Source of the DNA: Laetmonice hystrix
Lineage: Eukaryota
Assembly (NCBI GenBank): GCA_965235115.1
Contig: OZ249436.1
Coordinates: forward strand, 19,718,001 to 19,782,000
Direction: 5' to 3'
DNA: 64,000 nucleotides
Shown here: positions 1 to 13,770 of the stretch, one piece after another
Numbering within the stretch: the first letter of the stretch is position 1
Layout: each line of letters begins with the position of its first letter
Translations under genes and position numbers: made by a program
The notes under the pieces: generated by a model
Seen by the model: only the letters and a program-made list of their open reading frames with translations
Told to the model about the DNA's origin: nothing
Databases searched by the model: none

Positions 1-368
1 CTCGAGTGATTTTATCCCAGGTTCAGAGCACTCCCGAGTGATTTTGCCCTAGCTTCAGAGCACTCGAGTGATTTTGCCCTAGGTTCAGAGCACTCCCGAG
101 TGATTTTGCCCTAGGTTCAGAGCACTCCCGAGTGATTTCGTCCTGGGTTCAGAGCACTCGAGTGATTTTGCCCTAGGTTCAGAGCACTCGAGTGATTTTG
201 CCCTAGGTTCAGGGCACTCGAGTGATTTTGCCCTAGGTTCAGAGCACTGGAGTAATCTTGTCCTAGGTTCAGAGCACTCGAGTGATTTTGTCCTAGGTTC
301 AGAGCACTCTCCAGTGATTTCGTCCTAGATTCCGAGCACTCGAGTGATTTTGCCCTAGGTTCAGAGCA
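1..368. repeat. Minisatellite, 30-32 bp unit (ctcgagtgattttgccctaggttcagagca), about 12 copies, runs off the window start
   Basis: Direct tandem periodicity in the sequence. Confidence 0.95.
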
Positions 369-2095
369 CTCTAGAATGATTTTATACGAGGTAGTAGTTT
401 GATACTCCTACACCGGTCCTTCTGATCTGAGATTTGTCTATAACCGGCAATATTAATGTTATAAAACATTCTGGTCCTACATGACTTAATAACATATAGT
501 CGCGTCCCATCTTACTATGGTCTGGTTATTAACGATATCGTTTATTTACATAGGAGTCGATGACAGACCAACTGATTTTAACTGGTGGCCTCCCATTCAC
601 TACCTAATGATATCGTTATAAACGAAACCTTTGTAAGACGTCAGGCAATCACAGAGCCCGCGCCAGCGCTCCGCAGGGTTTCAAAGCGGCGGATCGTACG
701 GCCAATTCTCATTGACTCTACTATAAAGTAGTTTTATTTACGATACTAGAACCTGCCAACGTGCTCTTGGCGCAACACAAAATAGTAATTGTCTGGCGCC
801 ATGAAATAGGGCAACTCCTAGCGGCAAGTGTACATGACTAGATGGATTGACCGTGTGATCTGGTTCATGCTTTGAACCATGTTTGCCGGACAGGAGCAGG
901 AAGGGCCTAGTATGAACATGATTCTCACATTGTCATCAATTCCATGATGCAGCACGCCTGGGAAATCATAACTTTGCCACACGCAATTAACCGCGCATCT
1001 CAAATTAGATCGCAAGTGATGACTCGTATCGGAAATGTCGATGTAAACTTCTATAATTGCTAACCCCTCCTAATTAATCAGACTTAGTTGAGTGCCAATG
1101 CACTGCGTGTTTATTATTATTCACTAGGATCATTTCTAATCTGAGCAAAACAATCAACAGTAAACAAGAATTAACAACGAATAAGCATTTATTAACTTTT
1201 ATCTACATGTATATTCGACCCGCTGAGCCATGGGGCGGACTCTTTGTTAAGTGGACACCCCCCCCCCCATATTTTTTCTATACGGTGCTTACAAAGTGTT
1301 TGCAAACCGAGGGAGTGGGACCTACTGTTGGAACTGCCTATAGCGTACAATACATGTTCCGACGCTTCCATAGGAGCTCATAGTTAACGTCGCCTCAACC
1401 TGTAACGTGTACAATCAAATCAGTTCGTATGGAACACGCGTTCCATACGGACCACCATATTGAACCCCCCCCCCCCTTGAATGGCACTGGTAGAAACAAT
1501 GCGCATAATCCGTAGGCCTACAATCTGAAAATATGATTATAAGCCCTACGCGTCTGTATGCAAGTCTCAGTGTACAGCGTACTCGTGCATAGGGCAGCTC
1601 ATTTACTGTGGGTCTATTACGTACGTGTGACTAAACGGAGCGTGGCAATACCGCCATGCAAGGGGCCAACACCCGACTTGCGCGCCACCTGCCGGGTGTT
1701 GTCAGCATTTATCAAGCGCCCCAACTCCTTCAGACGAAAAAAACCCCGAAAACTCCGATAGGAATCCACTGAACTTGACCCTCGCCTGCTCTGGGCAATT
1801 ACTGCCGGGTATGGTGGGGCACGTGACCTTTGGAAAGTGGACGACACTAGAGATTAAAGGTTGACACTAAAACGAGAATCGGTCAATGGACAAGGTCAAG
1901 GCCATACAGTTAAGGAAGCGAAGTTTCCTGCCCAAAACGCTCCATTTTCTGACTAACGGAACTGGTTTTAATACAATTTATATTTTCATCCCTCAATATT
2001 TCCTCTTTTTTTCCATCGATCTAGTTATTTTGAAACATAACCGAGTTAGTATAGGTATAAGTGTGCCTACACAAAGGCCCTAGTTCTGTTGTTAA

Positions 2096-2414
2096 AGGGG
2101 CACAATTTTTTTTCGATTGACTTTGCGCTTTGATACCATAAAGAGGTCCGAAATAAATATTCCTACCCTGGAAATAGCATTGATTGGCCTGTAATCAAGC
2201 CACAGGCGGCACCCAAAGTGAAATTCGGTGTAGGCCCTACCCCCAAATTCATTCGTCAAGCATTGTGGAGACCCCGTTGGAAGTTATGCCATTTCTCTGC
2301 CAAGGCAACGGGTATCACCTAATTTTTTTATGTTTTACATTTAACTATAGAATTCCTCACAAAAGATTCAAGACCGTTCGAAAGTGTGATTCTTCCAATT
2401 CCAATTGTGCCTCT
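2096..2414. mobile_element. Kolobok-like MITE
   Basis: TTAA on both sides; 12-bp TIR aggggcacaatt / aattgtgcctct with one mismatch. Confidence 0.6.
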
Positions 2415-3419
2415 TTAAAAGGGCACTATCCCCCACTAAGGCTGGTGGCCGGCGCCAAAATGGTGACATTGTAAGTTTTATGTTAAGCCATAGTAAAAAA
2501 ATGAGAATCCATATTGCGTTATGTACACATTTTAATAACATGAACTATACGCTCATCGAAATGAGGCCAACCACTCCAATGCATTTTCTGAATCGGCTGA
2601 TAGGCCGCGGCAGGGCGGCAGACTGAGAGGGCAAGGATTCCACCCATCTGTGTTGTTCTTTCGAACACATTTAGATATATTTTGTCATGTAGACAAATCA
2701 TGAGCTGGACAATAATTTTTCACACGTACCAAATCATTTAGTGATTTGGTCGGCAATTCCTCAGGAAGGGCCATGGCAGTTTGAACATCCAAACCTTGCA
2801 ATTAAAATTGTTTCTTCGTCTAGGATAGCTCCACGGGGAACCTTAATGACTGCCTTACATGAATGATTAATTAACTAAAACAATTTGTCAGAACTAGAAA
2901 GGCAGTACATGATCTTGCAGTCATGGTTGTTCCAAAATGTTCGTGGTTATAGTATGGATAAAGGCCATATATACCCCACCCCTACGTACACCCAATAACC
3001 CTCTTAATTGACCTATCAGGAGTATATAGAAAGTTTTTCCCCACAGTATTCAATCATCCAGCAGTCAGACTCCCACGGTACTCAGACAGCCTTGTATGTA
3101 GACCTTCACAACTGGAGTTAGCGATGGGGAACTGGCCTTGATGCCAACCCCAGAACGTAATGTAATGAAACTAATCCAATTGTTGTTGACGATCGGTCCG
3201 ACCATGATGTCAGGGGCGGCCAGTGGGCGGTCCGACCATGGAGTCGAGTTTGACCACCAGGGGGCGGGCCAGACTCAAGTCGCCATGGCCGCTGGTTGAT
3301 CACTTGTTGGCCGGCACAAACACGGCACATCACTATCTGTCTTGATCGACAGGCTAGCGCCGATGGTCGTTAATGATTCACGAGTGCGACCATAGGTGGC
3401 GCGCTGCCACCCGTCACCT

Positions 3420-6400
3420 TCACAAAACACTCTCGTTCTTTCTGCTGGAATCAGACAGTACTGTCTGCACGAGCACATACAACAATTCTCTTCATCATCA
3501 AGGTTATAATACATGTGCGCTGTATATATTAATTCAAAGGGAAGCCAACATAGAAATACAAATTCCATATCCCCTAACTTTAATTGAACAGTAAAAATTA
3601 AAGCAAACTGACTAGCCTTTAATTATAGTACTCAAAGATATGGAATCAGGGGCGCCGGAAGCAAATTATTATTGGAGGGGGTAAGAGAGCTGAAGCGAAA
3701 GTCATAGGCTACAACATGTTTAGTAAAGCAGGGTCGGAGGCCCTCCCCGAGAAAATTTTGAAAACTACACACCCTAAAACGCTTTTCTACACCATTTTGA
3801 GGCAGAATTGTTTATGTTTTGAAGGCGTGAATGAATAGATTACAATGTACCGTTAGGACAATCGACCCAGTATTTGACGCACCCAAGTCATGGTTTCAAC
3901 GGGCCTATACTGTATAGATCTATTATGTGGAAAAACCTGCCTTTTTTCATTCATGATCACAGATTATTGGGGGCGATGCCCCCAATCAGATTATTGAGGG
4001 GGCGCTCGCCCCCCTGCCCCCCCCCCCCTCTTCTGGCGCCTATGTGTGGAATAGTGGTTACACAATACACTTAAATATCAGCAACGTAACCACGACTCAG
4101 ACCTAGAGAATGCAACATTAATGACGATTCTATCGCGTATTTGGCTTGTATCTTCATCACAAATTCATTAATGATTTAAAATTCTGTCAGAGGGCATACA
4201 AAGAACGAGTACAAATCGCCAAGCGCACTTCACCAAACATTCCGATGCGCCTGCGCCCGAAGCTCTCATTGGTCGAGGCGAAGTGGTATGTACATGGTAT
4301 ACAAAGGTGCATGATGCGGCTCACCACAGCGTACTGATTACACAGTTGGCTGCCGTCTGCCAAGGTCCGCTGATCGCAACTTGGATCACGCCAAGCCGTG
4401 CAGCCACCACGCTCTTCCCCGCCCTTCCCCGCCCTGCTCGCACAGGCTGCGGCTGTCTGGTCGGCCTGCCAGCTATAGTCGAGGTCATACTACAGTACGT
4501 CTGGAGGGGCACGGAATGAGCCTGCAACTTTCCCGCCAAATCTCCACCAGAGTATGATTTGAATAGTTTTGAACAAGTTTCACTGGGTGCATATTGAGAG
4601 GACAATGTCCCAGAAATGCGACATTTTCGACATGTTGAATGGCACCAACATTATGAGAATGGATTGTCATGATCCTTGAAGAACTACCTGTGATTCAGCA
4701 ACTCTGTGTGTGCGGTGTGTACTTGAACGCCTTGCCTAGTTATGGGCTGAGGTAACGACTCCAAACATGCGCTGGACGTTAGGAGCTGTTGGGCTTTCGT
4801 TGGCGGTCCTCTGGATAACAGTCCAAATCGGTAAGTAATCCCTTGTGTCTGGTATATAGAGGTTATAATATATAATTGTTCGCAAGATATCAGTATCAAG
4901 TTACTTCATTAGATGTATCCACAGACGGGATATCAGTATCAAGTTACTACATTAGATGTATCCACAGACGGGATATCAGTATCATGTTACTACATTAGAT
5001 GTAGCCACAGACGGGATATTAGTATCAAGTTACTACATTAGATGTATCCACAGACGGGATATCAGTATCAAGTTACTACATTAGATGTATCCACAGACGG
5101 GATATCAGTATCATGTTACTACATTAGATGTATCCACAGACGGGATATCAGTATCATGTTACTACATTAGATGTAGCCACAGACGGGATATCAGTATCAT
5201 GTTATTACATTAGATGTATCCACAGACGGGATATCAGTATCAAGTTACTACATTATCCACAGACGGAATATCAGTATCATGTTACGACATTAGATGTATC
5301 CACAGACGGGATATCAGTATCATGTTACTACATTAGATGTATCCAGAGACGGGATATCAGTATCATGTTACTACATTAGATGTATCCACAGACGGGATAT
5401 CAGTATCATGTTACGACATTAGATGTATCCACAGACGGGATATCAGTATCATGTTACTACATTAGATGTATCCACAGACGGGATATCAGTATCAAGTTAC
5501 TACATTAGATGTATCCACAGACGGGATATCAGTATCATGTTACTACATTATCCACAGACGGGATATCAGTATCATGTTACTGCATTAGATGTATCCACAG
5601 ACGGGATATCAGTATCAAGTTACTACATTAGATGTATCCACAGACGCGATATCAGTATCATGTTACTACATTAGATGTATCCACAGACGGGATATCAGTA
5701 TCATGTTACTACATTAGACGTATCCACAGACGGGATATCAGTATCATGTTACTACATTAGATGTATCCACAGACGGGATATCAGTATCATGTTACTACAT
5801 TAGATGTAGCCACAGACGGGATATCAGTATCATGTTACTACATTAGATGTATCCACGAACGGGATATCAGTATCATGTTACTACATTAGACGTATCCACA
5901 GACGGGATATCAGTATCATGTTACTACATTAGATGTAGCCACAGACGGGATATTAGTATCATGTTACTACATTAGATGTATCCACAGACGGGATATCAGT
6001 ATCATGTTACTACATTAGACGTATCCACAGACGGGATATCAGTATCATGTTACTACATTAGATGTATCCACAGACGGGATATCAGTATCATGTTACTACA
6101 TTAGATGTAGCCACAGACGGGATATCAGTATCATGTTACTACATTAGATGTATCCACAGACGGGATATCAGTATCATGTTACTACATTAGATGTATCCAC
6201 AGACGGGATATCAGTATCATGTTACTACATTAGATGTATCCACAGACGGGATATCAGTATCATGTTACTACATTATCCACAGACGGAATATCAGTATCAT
6301 GTTACGACATTAGATGTATCCACAGACGGGATATCAGTAGCATGTATCAGTATCAAAACTTTTTTTGATATACACCCTGTACAAAGCGCGTAACGGGATG

Positions 6401-7433
6401 AGGGTTCTTCATTACGGGAAAGTATGGAACTCGATGCCTGGCACATGAATACGGCAGCACACCCAAGGTGAAGTGCCGCATACTTTCCCGCGGTGAAGGA
6501 GCTGACTCCCGTAACGTGTTTATTACATGCGCTTGACCTTACCTCTATATATAGTTTATCTGTGAGGCCACGGGAGTGGGGGGGGGGGGGGGGGTTGTTG
6601 TTGTTAGGTTCTCCCTCCCATCCCTCTACACGGTGCTCATAAAATGGTAGCAAACTGAGGGTGGGCCTGCTGTTGGAACAGCCTAGCGTAATTTATATTA
6701 CATGTACCGGTGTCCCAATTTCAGATTACCCCCTATCAGATTGCCGGGGGTAACCTGAAGCTAGCTTCAAATTACCCCCCGGTAATCTGAAGCTGGTGTC
6801 AAGAAGCCCCTCGGTTAGGGTTAAGGTAAGTTTAGGGTTAGGTCTATTTGAATTAACGCGCTAAACATTTTTTATCCGAAGTTTATTTTATGTAACTTAA
6901 AACTGGGGGGAAGGGGGGGGGGTAATTTGAAGCTAGCTTCAGATTACCGGGGGTAACTTCAATGGGGGGGGGGGTAATCTGAAACTGTTACACCGGCGCT
7001 TTCATAGGAATGCATAGTTAACGTCGCATCACTCCGTAATCAAATTAGTCCGTATGGAACACGCGTTCCATACCGACCACCATATGCCGCCCCCCCCCCC
7101 CGGCAAATAGAATGCGCAAATAGACTTTGTATTTGCTCGCAAAGTCCTAACCAAGACTCCCACAAAGCTTTTATAGAAACGTTTTACACAGACCCTGGCA
7201 ACCAAAGAGCATACCTCGAGATGAGCATGAAGTCCTTGCGCCCTCCCCAACCTGGATACAGTGACTAGGCCTGCCGTGAGTCAATCGGAACGACTGAGCC
7301 ATTTCCGGTTTACTTTCCTTTCGGGAACTGGACTCGGGCACATTCGGCTCACCTCGGAACTGTCGTTGCAGTAAGTGCACGGTACGGAAACTCCCGAGGT
7401 TTGCCGAATGGACTCGGACAATGAAAACGCCAT
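3420..7433 (-). CDS. Tentative small 3-exon gene (exons 7353-7433, 4325-4489, 3420-3464; about 96 aa; unknown product)
   Basis: caagATGGCG start in a CpG-rich zone with TGACGTCA just upstream. Exons 1 and 2 end in GTGAGC donors, acceptors are AG, all joins are phase 0 and the frame is open. No recognisable homology; exon 3 is a guess. Confidence 0.3.
3647..4044. mobile_element. hAT-like MITE (intact copy)
   Basis: Ends caggggcgcc...ggcgcctatg; 8-bp TSD tatggaat/tgtggaat; a second, interrupted copy lies at 30399-32442. Confidence 0.8.
4887..6338. repeat. Minisatellite, 43-bp unit (gatatcagtatcatgttactacattagatgtatccacagacgg), about 34 copies
   Basis: Direct tandem periodicity. Confidence 0.97.
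6707..6996. mobile_element. Palindromic MITE with internal ggttaggg-like tract
   Basis: TIRs ccggtgt..tttcagattacccc / ggggtaatctgaaac..acaccgg. A related stretch at about 1305-1470 lacks the insertion (empty site). Confidence 0.75.
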
Positions 7434-8069
7434 CTTGCTTTGCTGACGTCACCAAACTATTTTCAGTATGTAAGAACAGACATTATGTTGGGGGGAATAG
7501 GGGGCCTATACGCGGCGTATGAGCCCCGGCCGACGCGATGTGAGCCCGTCACTTCAGCCCGCCGGGTTAAACCCAGCTAGGGTCCCATCAAACCAGACGA
7601 TAACAACTCACCGCGAGCAGTCGGGGCCCCCCGAGCCCGGGCCGAGGGGCTCGATCGAGACAAGACACCACGCGTGCACCTGCCAGTGTGACATGCTGTC
7701 CCATCCTTCCCCGCTCGGGGTTGAACCGCTTCCAGTGATTCAACCCCTCCCGCCTGCCCCTCTATTCTCAGAAACGCGTAGCTCGCAGCGCCATCTGTTT
7801 TCCATCTGCTACGGTACCCCGTAGACCAATCAGATTACAGCACTGCCTGAGGCGCGATTAATAAAAATTAGCGTGCATTTCTGGTTAGCCAATTGGAACG
7901 TCCCCGGCCCAGAGGCCGAGAACGACAGCCAGCGCCAGCGCTAGCGACACCGGGCCGCGAGCAGGCCAGTGTAGGCCTAATGTTTGGATGCCAGCGCGAA
8001 GCGACGATGACAGGGGAGCTAAACTTTGGAATTTCGCGTGTTGTGGTCTCGGACCTCGCAACCCATAGA

Positions 8070-8231
8070 TATGGAATACCGGCGACGACATGCGAGATGC
8101 GAGACAGTGTGTTTGGGTTAGGGTAAAGGTTAGGCCTAGGGTTAGTGTTAGTTTTCACTTTAGCCCCAAAATTATTGTTAAATAGGCACTAATTGAGCAG
8201 TGGATATTGATATCGGTGTCAATAAGAAACA
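8070..8231. mobile_element. Truncated copy of the TATGG-ended MITE at 17274-17512
   Basis: Near-identical to the left part of 17274-17512. Confidence 0.75.
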
Positions 8232-8519
8232 TTCTATTCACGCAGAATGGGGGGAGGGGGGTTGTCGGTTACAGCTATGAAAATGGAGAGCCTCAACGGG
8301 CATGTGCGCGTCACGTGACACCAGGGAATTCCCCCGTCGGTCCCAGTTCAACTGGCGTCTAAATGCGCAAAAACTGGTTTACGGTGAACGACTGACGAAT
8401 TCATGTTAATATGTCCAGATTGTCATTCTTTTCTCAGGTAAAAGGCAGGTATTACCTATGATATAGTTTCTGCTCGATGTTGAAAGCGTTTGGAGAAATA
8501 TAGGAAAAGTGTTAAACCT

Positions 8520-8821
8520 ACAGCAAAAGTTCCTCACTAACGTACCTTTGAACACCAGTAACACCATATAAAGTGTCTAATGTCACACCGATAAGTGGAA
8601 CACTGTCTACGGCGACTTTTTAAAAATACCGCCCGGGTCATTCGCTATTTCTCACGCGAGACAGCGGTAGCAATGCCTATTAATAGATTGAGATAACGGC
8701 CAAGTAGGGTAAACAAACCGACGAAGCCAGCGGGAGAATGTCTCTACATTTCGGTTGCTTATTCCTTTATTAAAGATCAGATAATCACAGAATTGTAGGT
8801 AAGAACAAGCTTGTTCATGCT
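8520..8821. repeat. Dispersed repeat; inverted, internally deleted copy of 41535-42092
   Basis: Two blocks match the reverse complement of about 41968-42092 and 41535-41658. Confidence 0.75.
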
Positions 8822-9562
8822 GAACACCCTTATATTGATAGTTTGAACTTTTCTAATCCCTTTAACATTGGATGTAATATATTCGTTTAATAAATGCTAT
8901 GACTTACCGAATGTCATCAAATATTTACGCGCTCAGTCAGGGTATAGGTTGCAATACCTCCACCCATCTAACATGGCTGCCCTTGGTCGTTTGTTACGGG
9001 GACTCTCATTGGTGGAATCGACCGGTGTCTCAAGGCTGACGTCCTCAAATAATCTTGTTTAAACTAACCCGGACTAATGAGAGACTTTAGGTATGGTCTA
9101 CATTACGTAGATGGTTGGAATACAATGGGCGAAAATGCATCAATGCATCTATAAATTTATAGATTTATACAATCTATACCCTGCCCTAGTCAAGTAGATC
9201 TCTTTATATTGGATGGTGATCCAGGACGACATGGAAATGGTTTTATATAAGCCTTTATCCATTTTAAACTCCGATAAAAGTTGGTGTAATATTCCGGTGG
9301 TGATAAAGGACCAGGAACCCCGGTAAACGCCCTCCCTATCGTCCCAATGCAACATCCGGGTAAAGTGTCGTTTTCAAACAGGAGCCTATTTATAGTTTAG
9401 AAAATGAGATGCATTATTACCACTTGGCACTGTCGCGGGGGGGGGGGGGGGGGACTTTATGGATGCATAATACGACGACGGCGTGAGTGATAGACAAGTG
9501 TGATGTGGGTGCCCTAAGTCGGTTCATGGAGAGATTTGCTGCGGGTGTCGTAAATCGTCTCA

Positions 9563-11926
9563 GGGTCATTCCATACCAAGTCACCCAGGGCCTCCCAGTT
9601 CAAATCATAGATTTTGATGAAATTTTACTCATAAAAACGTCGATCCAATTCATGGGGCCATGCAAAATTTTATTTCTGTACTCCAAATAGTTTTCGAGAT
9701 ATGAATTTTTAAGTTGGTCACCCCTTGGACCCTTTCCAGACTTAAGTTTCGCTGATTTTTGTGCCGATTTTGAGGACCTATAACAGCACAATTATAAGAG
9801 TGAGCATTCCCATATTTCATTAACTTACTATCCGTGGTGGGTATATGCTAAATACAAGACAACAGGTTCATCCTGGGAATATTTTTTCTGTACGAGTGGT
9901 GCCAAAATGGCGTTTTGGCCAATTTTTACCTAAAATATTTAGCTGCGCTACAGGTTTTTTTCCATTTGAAAAGGCATATTTTCTTTAATTTTTCATAGAT
10001 CTTCACAAAACTTTCAGGGAATGCTTACTGGCCATATTCCTATATAATCATAGTCCAAAATGGTTCACTTATGCTAAAAAGTCCTAGTTCTTCGACCTTA
10101 AGCATAGTGATATCCGACTTTTTGGAGGAGATGGATATTTCTGAAAGTTTAAAGTGCTCTAGAAAAGTGAGTTTTTAATATTTTTATTTTAAATTTGGCA
10201 CATGGATAGTCTATGGAGAGGTCTTTTAGGAAAATACATTACAAGTTTCGAACTTGGATTAGACTTTTAATGAAGTCCTATCAAAAATGGCAAAAAATGA
10301 AAAATATGGTATCGGGCCCCACATAGAAAAAATTGTCACACAAAAGGGATTGAGAGCACAGTCTCCAAACTTTTTTCAAATAATAAGGACATATATGTGT
10401 ACAGTTGACAAGGAAATCAGTAATGTGTTAACTTTCCTTCCAGTCTTTAATGTATGATGAATACAGCCATCTTTTTGACATTCGCAGGTGGGTCATTCCA
10501 TGTTGAACCAATGGCAAAAAAGTTGATGTCTCCGAATTTCTTTAAATTTTAACCACATATTTGACAGCTATATTTGGCCACTTCTGCAAAATTGCTAAGC
10601 ATTTAGATAAAAATTGTGTCTCTGGGGCCTCCAAATATGAGGTAGGGGGTTGTCGACAAAAGCGCACCACTAATTCTGAGTAGGTTTTGAAATACCTGTA
10701 ACTTTAAGGCTTTTACATCTAGAAGGCTGAAATTTGCTCTGCTTACAGACAGTTTGGTGTAGAATAAGCCCACAAAAGATAAGAGATATATGAAAGGATC
10801 TTGGCAGCATAATTGTCTGAAAATGGGAAGAAAATAAGTTTTACTAATTCTGGTTGCTCAATAATTTTTTTCGTGCAAATGCTTAGCAATTTTGCAGAGG
10901 TGGCCAAATATAGCTGTCAAATATGTGGTTAAAATTTAAAGAAATTCGGAGACATCAACTTTTTTGCCATTGGTTCAACATGGAATGACCCACCTGCGAA
11001 TGTGAAAAAATTGCTGTATTCATCATACATTAAAGACTGAAAGGAAAGCTAGCACATTACTCATTTTTTTGTCAACTGTACACATGTATGTCCTTGTTAT
11101 TTAAAAAAAGTTTGGAGACTGTACTCTCAATCCCTTTTGTGTGACAATTTTTTATATGTGGGGCCCAATACCATATTTTTCATTTTTTGCCATTTTTGAT
11201 AGGACTTCATTAAAAATCTAATCCAAGTTCGAAACTTGTAATGTATTTTCCTAAAGGACCTCTCCATAGACTATCCATGTGCCAAATTTAAAATAAAAAT
11301 AATAAAAACTCACTTTTCTAGAGCACTTTAAACTTTCAGAAATATCCATCTCCTCCAAAAAGTCGGATATCACTATGCTTAAGGTCGAAGAACTAGGACT
11401 TTTTAGCATAAGTGAACCATTTTGGACTATGATTATATAGGAATATGGCCAGTAAGCATTCCCTGAAGGTTTTGTGAAGATCTATAAAGAATTGAAGAAA
11501 ATATGCCTTTTCAAATGGAAAAAACCCTGTTGCGCAGCTAAATATTTTAGGTAAAAATTGGCCAAAACGCCATTTTGGCACCACTCGTACAGAATAAATA
11601 TTCCCAGGATGAACCTGTTGTCTTGTATTTTGCAAATACCCACCACGGATAGTAAGTTAATGAAATATGGGAATGCTCACTCTTATAATTGTGCTGTTAT
11701 AGGTCCTCAAAATCGGCACAAAAATAAGCGAAACTTAAGTCTGAAAAGGGTCCAAGGGGTGACCAATTTAAAAATTCATATCTCGAAAACTATTTGGAGT
11801 ACAAAAATAAAATTTTGCATGGCCCCATGAATTGGATCAAAGTTTTTATGAGTAAAATTTCATCAAAATCTATGATTTGAACTGGGAAAATTTCCTGTTT
11901 CTGGGTGATTTGGTATGGAATGACCC
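9563..11926. mobile_element. 2.36-kb foldback DNA element: about 1.04-kb inverted arms, GGGTCATTCCA termini, no ORF
   Basis: 9563-~10604 is the reverse complement of ~10877-11926 with scattered substitutions; spacer about 270 bp. Confidence 0.9.
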
Positions 11927-13770
11927 ATATTGGGTGCTACGTAGGTAGTGCTCTGAGTCAAAACAAGGCAGTCCACTGTATTTTGCAGAGTAAACTTTTA
12001 TTCACCTATTGATCCACAGAGTAGGCTAAATCAAAAAGGTACTCCACCGTGCGGCACAGCAAAGTTTATGTAGCTTCTATTGTAAATGTCATGAAAAGCT
12101 ACAGAAAGCCAGCAGTGTCAAAGTTTGATATTGTTACCATGCCAACGCTATTGCCACAGCAACAGTAATTCCCCTTTTGGCTAGTGTCTGATGGTATCGA
12201 TACATTATTGATTAAACCAGAGGTAGAATTGTTCTGAGAGAAGAGATATACACTGGTTCAATGCCAGTTTCAATGCACCCCATCCTGGCCCTGTCAGCCG
12301 CATCGATTCCTGTTTTGACTATTAATGAAAAGAACATGAGCAAATTATTTTGGCTCCATTGGATTTCCTCGCATATCAACATAAAATGACAAAGAGCTAA
12401 TGCCACCCGTCAGTCCTGAAATCACTTGTACACGTTATAAAAAAAGGCACTCTGTGAGTTTTGAAATGCTTATTGTGTTGCCCCTATATTTCTTTATGTT
12501 CGAACTACCACTGTCAAGATAAGGAAATGGTTGAACTCTCTACTGTGTGACTGCCCTAACACCATTTCACGCACACAAAGCTACAAGGTCTGCGCCCAGA
12601 ACATATAGACTCAGTATGATCCATAATTCATAGAGCCCTGCTGTTTTTGTAGACGAACCCACCCCTTGCAGAGGTTAGTAGAAACGTCAACATGGCTTTT
12701 TCATGCATGGATCGATTTGAGTATTTAATCCTCCTTGACTCGCAGTCGGCCCTGATGGTCGTATAGCTCTAAAGTAAGGATAGCTACCATGATTCAGAAT
12801 ATTGACCTCAGATCAGATCTAAAAACGTCAGGGCTCGTATACTGACAATGAACCGAAATGTACGGAGGTGTGGGGATGAGGGCTGGGATGGGGGGGGGGG
12901 GGGGTTACAAAGGGTGAGGGTGAAGGGTGGGGTACGGAGGGATGGGGGTGGGGGCTGGGGTACGGTGGGTGCGGGTATGTGGAGGTGAGGGGTTTGGTGG
13001 GGAGGAGAAGGGTGCGGACGGCGGCCTCATGAAACGATGTCCGACATTCACAATGCATGCACGGGTAACATGTAAAAACGCTTAGAGTTAATGTCAGTTA
13101 TCATGATACATCCTATGTTCCAATCGCAATAATTGGCGGCGTCTGTCCCACATGCTGTTATTCACTTCTGTATACCTCCACCTCCAGCCCTCGGGGTTCG
13201 TCTTTGTCCCAAGGAACATACCGGGCAGGTGCAGCTTCAAATATATATATGGGATACATAACATTCAATAAATCGATCGCTCACGTCATGGGCTCATACT
13301 GATACAGTTCAAATGGAAATTTCAGTGAAAATTACCACAAAAAAGTTCGCATTGTAATATATTTATAATGGATTTTATGAAGTGAAAATATTCGAACACT
13401 CACAAAATACCCGAGTATTTCGCCAGTTTCGCCAGTACGTCGATTTTATCGTCTGCCTTGGTGTACATTTACATTATTTTTACATTTATAAGTAGACGTC
13501 AATCACGGAGAACCGATACAACCTTGCCCTACTGAAAATATATTCGCGAAGCATGCCTACCCCTGTCCAGGGGGACCCCCTACCCTCAGGCCATCTACCA
13601 AACAATTCGGGGCACCGAGCCATGTCAGGCAATCTGAATCTTCGTCATGCAAACAGACAATCAAAGGAAATCTCCGCCACGTGGCGCTGCAGTCTGCCCG
13701 GACACCCGGTGACGTTTTAACGTTTGTTCACTCTTAGCGGATCTTACGCCATTTTACACACTTTAGTGAT

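Noticed and set aside
4887..6338. CRISPR-like appearance of the 43-, 52- and 70-bp arrays
   Set aside because: Units are contiguous with no unique spacers, there are no cas genes, and the context is a spliced eukaryotic genome.
12868..13020. G-rich tract as a functional G-quadruplex
   Set aside because: Low-complexity G runs are common throughout the window, and nothing links this one to a function.
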